Assembly: GCA_028688415.1 (NCBI GenBank)
Contig: JAQTYF010000001.1
Coordinates: forward strand, 144,627 to 208,626
DNA length: 64,000 bases
Direction: 5' to 3'
From: Candidatus Moraniibacteriota bacterium
GTDB lineage: Bacteria; Patescibacteriota; Minisyncoccia; Moranbacterales; UBA1568
Shown: in pieces, positions 10,496 to 20,259 of the stretch
Position numbering within the stretch: the first letter of the stretch is position 1
Layout of the letters: each line of letters begins with the position of its first letter
The notes under the pieces: generated by a model
Seen by the model: only the letters and a program-made list of their open reading frames with translations
What the model was told of the DNA's origin: nothing
Databases searched by the model: none
Program-made: the position numbers and the translations under genes

Positions 10496-10552
10496 ATGAA
10501 TTTCAAGAATTTCCGCGTAGTATAGGCATTTATTGAGAATTTATAGAAAAGA
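10496..10552 (+). pseudogene. Orphan 3' remnant of hss (repeat copy 2, 10502-10552) fused in frame to an ATG
   Basis: TATAAT-N7-ATG AAT TTC AAG AAT TTC CGC GTA GTA TAG = MNFKNFRVV*. Confidence 0.85.
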
Positions 10553-10556
10553 GCCA

Positions 10557-10585
10557 TTGACAAGGCTCTTTTTTTAGTGTATAAT
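10557..10585 (+). promoter_or_regulatory. Consensus sigma70 promoter; -35 lies inside a hairpin
   Basis: TTGACA-N17-TATAAT; aaaagagcc-attgacaa-ggctctttt. Confidence 0.85.
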
Positions 10586-10643
10586 ATAAATTTGATAGTC
10601 AAATGGGTTGATTATTGAAAGTTTTTTGAAAAAGGAGTCGCAA

Positions 10644-11249
10644 ATGAAAGTAATGAAGAAATTTGTCGCTTTCATGGCGACACATAAAGAGCAGATTGCT
10701 CTCATTGCTACCGGACAAGGTGTGATGAGCGTGATCAATTGGCTCTATGATAATCCTCTTTACATAGGGGTTATCGCGTATTTCGGACCAGTGGTAGGCG
10801 GGGCAATGATGACAGCGGGTTCGCTTGTCATTTGTCTCGGCCTTATCCTCTTCTATAATAAGAAGGGTGTAGACTGGCTTGGAGTAGGAGCACTTGACGC
10901 GGTGAAGGAGATTTCTCTGGAATACGCCAAGAAGCTCGTTGAATGGAGGTCAGATTCGATTTTTGGTAAGATAGCATACTTCGTATTCTATCTTCCGATT
11001 CAGCTGATTTTCATTCTTGCACATCTTGTGAATCACAAGGTGTGGGGTGGTGTAGTAGCATTTGTGTTACTTTCCATCTTCACAGACCCATTCGTGACGA
11101 CTGCCTATTCTCGTCACGGAAATTACGGCCCGATGAAGGTTCGTGATTGGGTGGTATTTTTCGGAAGTGTCGTGCTCAGCAATGGGTACTGGATATTCCG
11201 GACCACAGTGGTCATCGAGGTAGCGAAGGCCATTTGGAAGTTTGTTTGA
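10644..11249 (+). CDS. Orphan multi-pass membrane protein
   Basis: AAGGAG SD, several hydrophobic segments, downstream hairpin at about 11255-11284. Confidence 0.7.
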   Translation: MKVMKKFVAFMATHKEQIALIATGQGVMSVINWLYDNPLYIGVIAYFGPVVGGAMMTAGSLVICLGLILFYNKKGVDWLGVGALDAVKEISLEYAKKLVEWRSDSIFGKIAYFVFYLPIQLIFILAHLVNHKVWGGVVAFVLLSIFTDPFVTTAYSRHGNYGPMKVRDWVVFFGSVVLSNGYWIFRTTVVIEVAKAIWKFV

Positions 11250-11328
11250 GTGGAGGGTGAAACATCATTGATGTATCACCCTTTCATTTCATTTTACGAA
11301 AAACTTATTTTTTGCTAAAATACTTTCT

Positions 11329-12072
11329 ATGAAAGATGTTTTGAATACGAAAATATACACGAATTTGGATGAAGCGAAAGCAGAAATTCAAAGACGTTGG
11401 AAGGACGAAGAATTGAAGAAAAAAGTCTTAGAATATCTCGGGGATATTCCAGAGTTTTTTTGTGATGAACCGAGAGCTATTCTTCATAGACATATTACTT
11501 CTCCAAATATTGAATTTCAACAATTTATTGATCATTCAAGAGATTTCGGACTGAAACCGCTCGGTTTGGAATATACCAATGATATTTTTTTGACGAGAAA
11601 TCATGACAAGCTTGGATTAGGGAAGTTACCCTTTATCTCGGATAACAAAAAAAATGTACATTACAGGAAGGTGATCGATCTGATGGGGTCAGAGAAAAAA
11701 AAGTTTGCAGATATTCAAACATTATGGGGTGAAAATCTCATTGATTTTCATCATAATTTATTGAGAAATGCTTCATTTGACATAGAAACAGCAGATCTTT
11801 CATATTGGTACGGTAGACATGGAGATAATGCTCTCAATCGATATGAAAAATTATTAGCTTTTTTCGTCGCACATGGTGTTTTGTTTGAAAATTTCATTAC
11901 AGACGAGAAAGAATTAGCATTTGCGGAAACAGTTGTTTGTCCAGCTATTGAAAAAATTACTTCTCTTTTCGGAGTAAAACCTCTTATTGTTCCAGTTTTT
12001 GCTCTCGATCAAGAAATGGAGGATTCTTGGTGGTGCTATGAGCAAGAAAAAGAATCTTTCATGAGTCATTAG
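11329..12072 (+). CDS. Hypothetical protein (247 aa)
   Basis: Long ORF with TAAAAT 7 nt before the ATG and a terminator-like hairpin at about 12099-12134. Confidence 0.7.
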   Translation: MKDVLNTKIYTNLDEAKAEIQRRWKDEELKKKVLEYLGDIPEFFCDEPRAILHRHITSPNIEFQQFIDHSRDFGLKPLGLEYTNDIFLTRNHDKLGLGKLPFISDNKKNVHYRKVIDLMGSEKKKFADIQTLWGENLIDFHHNLLRNASFDIETADLSYWYGRHGDNALNRYEKLLAFFVAHGVLFENFITDEKELAFAETVVCPAIEKITSLFGVKPLIVPVFALDQEMEDSWWCYEQEKESFMSH

Positions 12073-12201
12073 GAATAATTCATCATGTATTGTCATCTTA
12101 GTCCTGTCTGTTTCGATAACGGCAGGACTTTTTTTATTTTTGAAATGTGGTAGAATAAAAAATAGATTAAGAACATTTTGTAATAACATAAACATATTCC
12201 A

Positions 12202-12780
12202 ATGAATAATAAAGACGGATCAATTGATAATACAACTCTTTTTAAAAAATGTGATTTCTCAGATTTCAAGAAAGTACTTATTAGAATAAAACCGTCAGAA
12301 AGATTTGGAGGAATAGGCTTGTTTGCTATGAGGGATCTTGGAAAAGGGATGATGTTCGCAAAATGGGAACTTATGAATGAAGATCTTTTCTTTTCCTGGG
12401 ATGATTTTGAAAAAATTGATGAGGAATCCAAAGAAACTGTTCTGGATTTTTGTGCTGAGGCGGAAAATGGCTTCTATGCACCAACTGATATAAATTATAT
12501 ATCACTCCCTTGGCACATGAACCACTGTTGTGATGGAAACGTAGGATTTAATGAAAATGGTGATTTTATAACTATCAAAGACGTGAAAAAAGGAGAAGAA
12601 CTTTTCTATGATTATGGTTTGGTAATGTCGAATTCGAGATATAAGCTTGATTGTAAGTGCGGATCAGAAAATTGTCGAAAGATAATTACAGGTGATGATT
12701 GGAAAAATATCAATTTTCAGAAAGAAAATTATCAGTATATGTCTCCAGAAATAAAGGAGATGATAGATTCAATAAAATAA
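12202..12780 (+). CDS. SET-domain protein-lysine methyltransferase with post-SET cysteines
   Basis: GIGLFA, MNHCCDGN, ELFYDYG and CKCGSENCR motifs. Confidence 0.92.
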   Translation: MNNKDGSIDNTTLFKKCDFSDFKKVLIRIKPSERFGGIGLFAMRDLGKGMMFAKWELMNEDLFFSWDDFEKIDEESKETVLDFCAEAENGFYAPTDINYISLPWHMNHCCDGNVGFNENGDFITIKDVKKGEELFYDYGLVMSNSRYKLDCKCGSENCRKIITGDDWKNINFQKENYQYMSPEIKEMIDSIK

Positions 12781-12787
12781 AAAAAAT

Positions 12788-14512
12788 ATGGATTTTAATA
12801 TAATTACGAACAGTGAGATTTGTATTGCGAATACACAACAATACTTAACAGGACTCGTCTATTATTCTCATTTTCCGATGATCATACTGTCTTTATTTTT
12901 TGGATTTTTTGTATTTTTAAAAAATAAAAGTTCGTTAGCGTCAAAATGTTTACTGGGTATTACGTTCTTCTTTTCTTTATGGCTTGTTTTTGATTTTATT
13001 TTGTGGAAAAGTAGCAATAGTAGTTTGCTTATGTTTTCTTGGGCTATACTAGGTGTATTTGAAGCACTCTTTTTCATTCTAGGTTTATATTTTATATATA
13101 CATTCATTGATAAAAAAGATGTTTCCAATAGTATAAAATTCATTTTTTTACTTCTTTCTTTGCCAGTTCTCTTTCTGACTCCAACGACATTTAACTTATC
13201 AAATTTTGATATCATAAATTGTGTTCCCGTTGAATCAGGGATATCTTTGGACTACGTTATTTCTTTGAAATTGATTATTTTATTGTGGATTTTTATTCTG
13301 TTGATAGTGAAATACCGGAAGCCTCCTGTAGACATATCAAGATTACAAATTTTTCTGTTAGGTTTAGGTATAATGTTGTTTCTATCTTCGTATTTTGTTT
13401 TGTCTTACGTTTCTGATTATTTGTACAATGCAGGTTATGAATGGGGGTATCAGGTTGAACAGGGTGGAATTCTCGCTATGGGTATTTTTCTTGGGTTTCT
13501 TAGTTATCTCATCGTTAAATTCAAGGCATTTGATATCAAACTGATCGGAGCACAAGCGTTGGTGTTAACACAATTTGCCCTTATTAGCTCAATGTTCTTT
13601 TTTGCCACGGTACTTATAAGTCGCGTCCTCATTGGAGTGACACTCTTTGGTACGACTATTGCTGGTTGGTATCTGATCCGATCAGTGAAGGCAGAAATCA
13701 AACGCAAGGAAGAGCTCGAAAAGATATCGCATACACTGATGGTGGCGAATGAACGATTGAAAGAGCTCGATGCCGCCAAATCAGAATTCATCTCTATTGC
13801 ATCACACCAGCTCCGTACACCGCTCACGGCTATCAAAGGTTACCTCTCACTCTTGCTCGAGGGCTCCTATGGGCCAGTCTCTCCTCAGGTACTCGATATT
13901 CTGAACAAACTCTACGGTGTGAACAATCGTCTCGTCCATCTCGTGGAGGATCTGCTCAATGTCTCTCGTATCGAAGCAGGGCGTATCCAATACAGTTTTG
14001 CTCCGACACAGATCGAGCCTATCCTCGTTGAACTCGTCGATATGTTCCTTTCTCCAGCTCAAGAAAAGAATCTGACTATTGATATCCATCTCTCCAAGCA
14101 TCCGCTCCCTCTCATCACGATGGATCCAAACAAAATCAAAGAAGTGGTGTCCAACCTCATCGACAATGCAGTGAAATACACCAAAGTAGGTGGTGTGACA
14201 GTCACACTCCAGAACACGCCTGAGGTCGCCCGTATCATCATCTCGGATACTGGTATCGGTATTCACGAAAGTGACAAGAAGAACCTCTTCCAGAAATTCC
14301 TTCGAAGCAAGGAAACAACGAAAATGGTAGTCTCTGGAGCGGGTCTCGGTCTCTACGTCGGCAAGAGTTTTATCGAAGCACACGGAGGCAAGATCTGGGC
14401 AGAATCCGATGGTCCAGATAGAGGCTCTCGCTTCATCATCGAACTCCCGATCAAAAACACTCATATTCAGATCGGTACGTCTGATGAACCTACTTCTGTC
14501 GAAAAAGAGTAA
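12788..14512 (+). CDS. Membrane sensor histidine kinase (multi-TM N-terminus, HisKA, HATPase)
   Basis: SHQLRTPL H-box, NLIDNAVKY, DTGIG, GAGLGL and HGGKIW motifs. Confidence 0.95.
   Translation: MDFNIITNSEICIANTQQYLTGLVYYSHFPMIILSLFFGFFVFLKNKSSLASKCLLGITFFFSLWLVFDFILWKSSNSSLLMFSWAILGVFEALFFILGLYFIYTFIDKKDVSNSIKFIFLLLSLPVLFLTPTTFNLSNFDIINCVPVESGISLDYVISLKLIILLWIFILLIVKYRKPPVDISRLQIFLLGLGIMLFLSSYFVLSYVSDYLYNAGYEWGYQVEQGGILAMGIFLGFLSYLIVKFKAFDIKLIGAQALVLTQFALISSMFFFATVLISRVLIGVTLFGTTIAGWYLIRSVKAEIKRKEELEKISHTLMVANERLKELDAAKSEFISIASHQLRTPLTAIKGYLSLLLEGSYGPVSPQVLDILNKLYGVNNRLVHLVEDLLNVSRIEAGRIQYSFAPTQIEPILVELVDMFLSPAQEKNLTIDIHLSKHPLPLITMDPNKIKEVVSNLIDNAVKYTKVGGVTVTLQNTPEVARIIISDTGIGIHESDKKNLFQKFLRSKETTKMVVSGAGLGLYVGKSFIEAHGGKIWAESDGPDRGSRFIIELPIKNTHIQIGTSDEPTSVEKE
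14361..14485 (+). repeat. About 125-bp imperfect direct repeat, copy 1 (3' end of the kinase gene)
   Basis: Matches 20011-20135 with a few substitutions, mostly synonymous. Confidence 0.95.
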
Positions 14513-14575
14513 TCTATAGAATGAAATTATTGTTGATAGATAATATGAAATAAAGTTCTATATAATAGAAAATAT

Positions 14576-16603
14576 ATGAACATTTGTGATAATTTTGATA
14601 GGATTAGCACACTCTCTAATAGAGATTTAGTGTCGCGTGGAGCGCCGTATTTGTTCAGACTTTTTACTATTGCAATAAAAGAATTCTCAAGTTTGTTTTC
14701 TATTGCTGAAGACGATGAACAAAAATGTTTTTATTTTTATGTTAGTAAAGATAAAAACATAATATTTAAATCAAGTGCGGTTAGTTTTTCGTGCGATAGG
14801 TATATTATAAATGCAGATTCAAAACTTTTTGTTAGTGTAAAGAATGGTGCTTGGAGGACATTTAATTTTGATGATTTTAAGCACTTACTATTAATTATAA
14901 ATAAAAATTATAAAATAAATAAAGATTTTGACATTAATAATCAAATCAAAAAAGTTATCCAACAGACAAGATATTATATTTTTATAACGGAACGTGTCTT
15001 TGATACTAAAATAAACTTAAAGAGATATAGTCGAAATCATGATTTTTTTAGTGACTTACTTTTCAATTCACATAAACGGATTCTGGCTTTTTCATTGGTT
15101 GACGCTTTCGGTGTAACTTACGGACACTTAGATCACCCAACCCCATATCCGTATTCAAGTGGATTGAAACAAAGTCTATTGGGAGCTGATCCTTTTTTAT
15201 CATTTATTAGAGAGATGGATAAGATAATCAAATTGAATGATGACGAATTGAAGTCGATTATTAAAAAACCTGATGTCTTACAGAAGAAATTTGATGTATC
15301 ATCTAATGGAATTAGTCTGATTTTAGTGCCTAGATATTTCTTCGTGGAAGATGAACGCCTGCACCTAGAAGAAATCTCTTCAATCCTTAATTCTACAATT
15401 AAAAATCTTTACGGACGCGAGATTGATTATGATAAAAGTAAGAATTACTTGCTATTTATTCCTGAGATTGAGCGTGGTTTTGCATTATCGAGCAAGTCAC
15501 TTTTATTTCAGGAATGTAAAATATTATCAGAGAGTCTTTTTGGTATTTCCTCAAGTTCGGGAAGAAGCATGATTGTGCCTGTAGTTCTAGAAAATAATAA
15601 GAATAGTTTTCTATTCCTAAAAACATCATGGCCTGATATCATAAAGACAGCCTACAATAGAGGGTTGAGGATTAGTGTAGTTGAATGGTATTTGGTATGT
15701 TACGAAATCTTCAGCTCATTTTCGTCAAATGAGTTTGAATTTTTCTCGGAAGAAATCTTTAGTCCGATTTTAAAAGATCATGATGTAACAAAATATCTAA
15801 CTTTTATTTCAAGAAAACTTTTAATGTTAGAAAGAGATAAAAATGAATTCGTTTTGCCGCTAATAGGGTTGGTTGTTCCTAATCACGCATATCCTTTTGA
15901 TGAAACTCCTCTGGTTCATTTTATGAAGCTGAGTCAAAATCCAGAGCTATTCTTGAGATGTCTAGTAGACTGTATAACGAAAGCAATTATATCGCAGCTT
16001 CTCAGTAAGGGTGTTTATCATAGTTCACATCTTCAGAACTGTTGTATAATTTTCAAAAAAAATGGCAAAGACATCTTGCCAATAAAAGCCCTTTTAAGAG
16101 ATGGAGACATACGGGTTTGCGAAGATTATTCCTCATTACTTTCTATTGAGGAAATTAAGACAATTAGTAATTTGAGGAAAAAAAGAAATAAAATTTATCA
16201 TGAAAAAAAGTTTTATAAGCATCTTTTTCATAACATAATTAATGAAAACTTTGGTAATATTGAGCAGTGTTTATTGATAGATAACCAATTTTCATCAGAG
16301 TTTTTTTGGCGATTAGTCCGTTCTAGTTTTGAAGATGCAATCAAGAGGAATGTAAAAGTTTTGAAAACAAGGAATGAATATAGAAAAATTCACGGAGTTA
16401 TAGTAAAAAATTTTACGGAAACAGTTTTTAAGGGAAGCGGTTACTCAGTGAATTTTTTTCGAATGAGTTTTTTTGGAGTAAAGGAAAACTTTATTAAAGT
16501 ACACAATCCTTTTTTAGGAAGAAAATCTTTTGAATTATACACAGCCAGGAGTCAGAGTATTACGGATACAAAAACCAATGAAGAAGAGTCACTTCGTCTT
16601 TAA
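14576..16603 (+). CDS. IucA/IucC (NRPS-independent siderophore synthetase)-like protein, divergent
   Basis: HPTPYP, SSGRSM, LKTS...NRGL and HLQN...LLRDGD resemble NIS synthetase motifs. Confidence 0.55.
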   Translation: MNICDNFDRISTLSNRDLVSRGAPYLFRLFTIAIKEFSSLFSIAEDDEQKCFYFYVSKDKNIIFKSSAVSFSCDRYIINADSKLFVSVKNGAWRTFNFDDFKHLLLIINKNYKINKDFDINNQIKKVIQQTRYYIFITERVFDTKINLKRYSRNHDFFSDLLFNSHKRILAFSLVDAFGVTYGHLDHPTPYPYSSGLKQSLLGADPFLSFIREMDKIIKLNDDELKSIIKKPDVLQKKFDVSSNGISLILVPRYFFVEDERLHLEEISSILNSTIKNLYGREIDYDKSKNYLLFIPEIERGFALSSKSLLFQECKILSESLFGISSSSGRSMIVPVVLENNKNSFLFLKTSWPDIIKTAYNRGLRISVVEWYLVCYEIFSSFSSNEFEFFSEEIFSPILKDHDVTKYLTFISRKLLMLERDKNEFVLPLIGLVVPNHAYPFDETPLVHFMKLSQNPELFLRCLVDCITKAIISQLLSKGVYHSSHLQNCCIIFKKNGKDILPIKALLRDGDIRVCEDYSSLLSIEEIKTISNLRKKRNKIYHEKKFYKHLFHNIINENFGNIEQCLLIDNQFSSEFFWRLVRSSFEDAIKRNVKVLKTRNEYRKIHGVIVKNFTETVFKGSGYSVNFFRMSFFGVKENFIKVHNPFLGRKSFELYTARSQSITDTKTNEEESLRL

Positions 16604-16710
16604 TTTTTTGAGAATAAAGATAATTGATTAAAAAGCTAGATACGTAGAATTTTTTTTTGAGTTCCGGAAGGAGAAAGTAAGTTGTTAATATATTTTAATG
16701 AATCATTCCT

Positions 16711-17610
16711 ATGACCGAGCTAGAATCAATTAAAAAAATACGGTTTGTCCTTACGGATTTTTGTAATTATCAATGTAGATTTTGTCATAATGAAGGAACT
16801 CCAACAAAGAACACACGGTTTTTGGATAAGGAGAGTATTTTTTCGTTAACGAGTGTGGCTAAAGATTTAGGTATTAAAAAAATTACTCTAACAGGAGGCG
16901 AACCATTACTTCACCCAGAAATTGTAGCTATTGTAGACGGTATCAATGCTATATATCCAGAAGCTATCTTAGGGATGACAACTAATGGGATGTTATTTGA
17001 TAAAAATAAATTTGCTACGATTATTACTAATCTTAGTCGGTTACGTTTAAATTTTCAAAGTTTAGATGAAAAAGTTTTAAAATATATTTGTGGTAATGGC
17101 GCTAATATTAGTAAAGCGCTTTTGATGATTGATGACGTGAGGAAACTGAATCCTGATTTAAATATTTGTTTGAATTTTGTTTTAACAACTTATAACAAAG
17201 AATCACTTTCTGATGTTATAAAATTTGCAATTAAAAATAATCTAGATGTAAAATTGTTAGAGTATATGGCTCTCAATAAAGATCTTTATGTTGAAGTCAA
17301 ATATGCTAAAGATATATTAGAGTCTCTTCGACCTATTAAAAAGTATAAAGACTATCAGGACGATGATATTTATATGTTTACAGGATCTTCAAGTCGGATA
17401 CGTTTATGCTATTCATTTTGCAATGGTTTTAGATGTAAATCTTGTCGTGAATGTGGTGAAATTAGATTGGCACCAGGGTTAACCCTTAAGCACTGTTTTG
17501 ATGAGAGAATTGAAGAGGTTGATATTAGAAAAGAGTTGCTAGAACAGAATCTGGAATCAATAAAAAAGAAGATCATTTCAATTGATCAAATTAAGGGAAG
17601 ATTGCTCTGA
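16711..17610 (+). CDS. Radical SAM protein, MoaA-like
   Basis: CNYQCRFCHNEG (CxxxCxxC), LTGGEPLL, TTNG and a C-terminal Cys cluster. Confidence 0.9.
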   Translation: MTELESIKKIRFVLTDFCNYQCRFCHNEGTPTKNTRFLDKESIFSLTSVAKDLGIKKITLTGGEPLLHPEIVAIVDGINAIYPEAILGMTTNGMLFDKNKFATIITNLSRLRLNFQSLDEKVLKYICGNGANISKALLMIDDVRKLNPDLNICLNFVLTTYNKESLSDVIKFAIKNNLDVKLLEYMALNKDLYVEVKYAKDILESLRPIKKYKDYQDDDIYMFTGSSSRIRLCYSFCNGFRCKSCRECGEIRLAPGLTLKHCFDERIEEVDIRKELLEQNLESIKKKIISIDQIKGRLL

Positions 17611-17664
17611 CACGTCTAGTTATTATATGATTTTAGAAATTTCTTTTCTAAAATAAAATTATTT

Positions 17665-18144
17665 ATGACCTCTGTATTTAAGAAGATATTTAACTATGAG
17701 GACGATCTCTCAGTATTCAAAGGAATAGATGCGAATAGAATTGCTTGTAATACGATAGTTTTGTGTGGTAATAAAATACTATTAGGTTGTCGGCGAAAGA
17801 AATATGCAAAAGGGATGTGGTGTTTGCCCGGTGGCCACTTAAACCTTGGGGAGAGTTTAGATAAATGTTTCTCTAGAGAACTTTACGAAGAAGTTGGTGT
17901 CGTCGGTAGTGGACAAGTTCCATTTTTGATAGTAGAAGAAGTTTCTGAAAAATATATATTTTATCACTTTTTTGCGTATTTAAGAATTAAAAGAAAACGA
18001 GCAGGTTGGTTTGTAAATAAAGAACCAAAAAATTTTTCTTGTTGGCTCCTTTTTGATTATAAAGATATTCCTGATGAAATGATTACATCTCATAGATTGG
18101 CTGCTGATTATCTTTTTTCGAAGAATCGTGTTATAAGAATATGA
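17665..18144 (+). CDS. NUDIX hydrolase
   Basis: Nudix box PGGHLNLGESLDKCFSRELYEEVG. Confidence 0.9.
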   Translation: MTSVFKKIFNYEDDLSVFKGIDANRIACNTIVLCGNKILLGCRRKKYAKGMWCLPGGHLNLGESLDKCFSRELYEEVGVVGSGQVPFLIVEEVSEKYIFYHFFAYLRIKRKRAGWFVNKEPKNFSCWLLFDYKDIPDEMITSHRLAADYLFSKNRVIRI

Positions 18145-18216
18145 TGATTAGTTGGAAGGAAATTGTGTAGCCGATTGCTATCGTATAGAGTGATTGTCGC
18201 TTGTTATGTTGAAGAG

Positions 18217-19887
18217 TTATATTAATAAAGATAGTCTGGAGAGAACCCTGTCTTTCCCCATCGTTTGCATAATGGAATACAAGTCAGGGGTCTGTATTTT
18301 TCCTGTTAATAAAACTCGGAAGATCCTTGCTATATCCGTGATATTTCCTTTATATCTTTCTGGATTTTCCTTAAATATCTTCATATTTTCCGCATAATCA
18401 TGGGTTTTGGAAATTTTTTTTATTTTTTCAAACCACTCTTCTTTTGAGTCTTTTTCATTGTAGGATTTAATGAATGAATCTACTACTGTTTTGATGGTGG
18501 CAGAATCAATATTTGAAAGAAGGTGCACTGCAGTATCTTTTGTAATATTAAAATTTTGATCAAAGAAATACTCAATTTCTGTTCTTACATCAAACCATTT
18601 AGCAATATCTTTTCTACCACCTGTTCCACTATTTCTTTCTATGTTTAATATCTTTTTTGTATAATCAGCATCTTTTTTCATTGTTTTAGCAAGCTCTGGA
18701 TCATATTTGTTGGTCCAGCTTAAAGCTTTTTCATAAACTTCTTCAGCTGAATACCTTGCAATAATCCCTTTGCTCGTGTCATTTAGTTTATCAAAATCAA
18801 ATAGGGGACCGCTTGAGCCTGATAGTTTTTTTTGTGTCAGAAGGAATTCACGATTATTTTTATCTGGATTGGCCTTTCGCCAGTTTTCGAAATTTGAATT
18901 CGCTAAATTCAATAAGTATTCTATAACGGCATCTTCAGGGTATCCCTGTTCGGTGTAATATGCAACATTTGCTTCAGGGTCTTTCCTTTTGCTTAATTTT
19001 CTTTTTGAAGAATTCTCGATTTTCTGAATTGGAAATATATGTCCATATTTTGGAGCCTGCCATCCCATAGTTCTAAATAATTGTAAGTGTAATGGTAGCG
19101 AAGAAAACCATTCGTTTCCACGGATTACATGGGTAGTTCTCATTAAATGATCGTCAATGATATGAGCCATGTGGTAGGTTGGTAGACCATCAGATTTTAT
19201 TATTACCATATCTTGGTCATTTTCGGGTAACTCTCTGCCTCCCAATACAATGTCATTAACGAAAATTTTATTATTAATATTGCCACAAGATTTAAATCTA
19301 ATGACAAATTCTCTTTTTCCATCTAATGCTATTAGAATCTCTTGATCAGATTTATCGCGCCATTTCGCCCATTGTTGATAGTATCCAGGCTTAATGCCAC
19401 GAACCGCCTGTATTTTATGTATTTCCTCAAGTTCTTCGTTAGAGCTAAAGCATGGGTAGGCTAATCCTTTTTCTACTAGTAATTTCGCATAGGCCTGATA
19501 TATTTCTGTGCGTTTGCTTTGTTTGTATGGTCCGTAAGAGCCGATTTCTGTCCCTGAGGTTGTTTGTCCTTCGTCTGTGTTAATGTTGTAACTTTTGAGA
19601 GCGGAAGCAATCAGATTTGAAGCACCTTCGACTTCCCTCTTTTTGTCAGTATCTTCGATACGAAGATAAAAAACACCATCTGTCTGATGTGCCAATCTTT
19701 CAGATATTAGAGCAGTGTAGATACCGCCTATATGCATGAATCCCGTTGGACTAGGGGCAATTCGTGTCACCATTGCACCCTCCTTGAGTTTTCTAGGTGG
19801 ATATCGTTTTTCAATAGCCTCTATAGTTGGTAGTTGTTTAGGAAACAACTTCTCAAGAATCGTCCTTTTGTTTTTTTGATTGTTCAT
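18217..19887 (-). CDS. gltX: Glutamate--tRNA ligase (long N-terminal type)
   Basis: RIAPSPTGFMHIGG, LRIEDTD, HVIRGNEW and KLSKRK motifs. Confidence 0.95.
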   Translation of the reverse strand: MNNQKNKRTILEKLFPKQLPTIEAIEKRYPPRKLKEGAMVTRIAPSPTGFMHIGGIYTALISERLAHQTDGVFYLRIEDTDKKREVEGASNLIASALKSYNINTDEGQTTSGTEIGSYGPYKQSKRTEIYQAYAKLLVEKGLAYPCFSSNEELEEIHKIQAVRGIKPGYYQQWAKWRDKSDQEILIALDGKREFVIRFKSCGNINNKIFVNDIVLGGRELPENDQDMVIIKSDGLPTYHMAHIIDDHLMRTTHVIRGNEWFSSLPLHLQLFRTMGWQAPKYGHIFPIQKIENSSKRKLSKRKDPEANVAYYTEQGYPEDAVIEYLLNLANSNFENWRKANPDKNNREFLLTQKKLSGSSGPLFDFDKLNDTSKGIIARYSAEEVYEKALSWTNKYDPELAKTMKKDADYTKKILNIERNSGTGGRKDIAKWFDVRTEIEYFFDQNFNITKDTAVHLLSNIDSATIKTVVDSFIKSYNEKDSKEEWFEKIKKISKTHDYAENMKIFKENPERYKGNITDIARIFRVLLTGKIQTPDLYSIMQTMGKDRVLSRLSLLI

Positions 19888-20006
19888 ATTTTATGCTATA
19901 ATTACTTGTCGAGGAATGTTGCAATGATAAGTTGTGTTTATTTTAGATTACATTAAATCCTTGAAAAGTAAAGCTTTGTTCTCGTAGAAGTAGAAATTAG
20001 TCTTAT

Positions 20007-20180
20007 ATGAGCAAGAGTTTCATCGAAGCACACGGAGGCAAGATCTGGGCAGAATCCGATGGTCCAGACAAAGGATCGCGATTTATCATCGAACTCCCGA
20101 TCAAAAACACTCATATTCAGATCGGTACCTCTGATCAACTAGCAGAAGCGAATGGCAGAGAAGTTGAAAAAGAAAAGTAA
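20007..20180 (+). pseudogene. Orphan 3' remnant of the histidine kinase (repeat copy 2) fused in frame to an ATG
   Basis: MSKSFIEAHGGKIWAESDGPDKGSRFIIELPIKNTHIQIGTSDQLAEANGREVEKEK*, directly upstream of the response regulator. Confidence 0.9.
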
Positions 20181-20259
20181 CAGAAGTGAATTTGAAAGGG
20201 ATGTTTTGTTTTTTTCTTTTTTCTGGTAGTATATAGGTAAAGATATGTAATAAAAAAAT

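Noticed and set aside
19953-20138. 61-aa minus ORF similar to ORF 13847-14464
   Set aside because: Both are antisense readings of the duplicated kinase 3' end.
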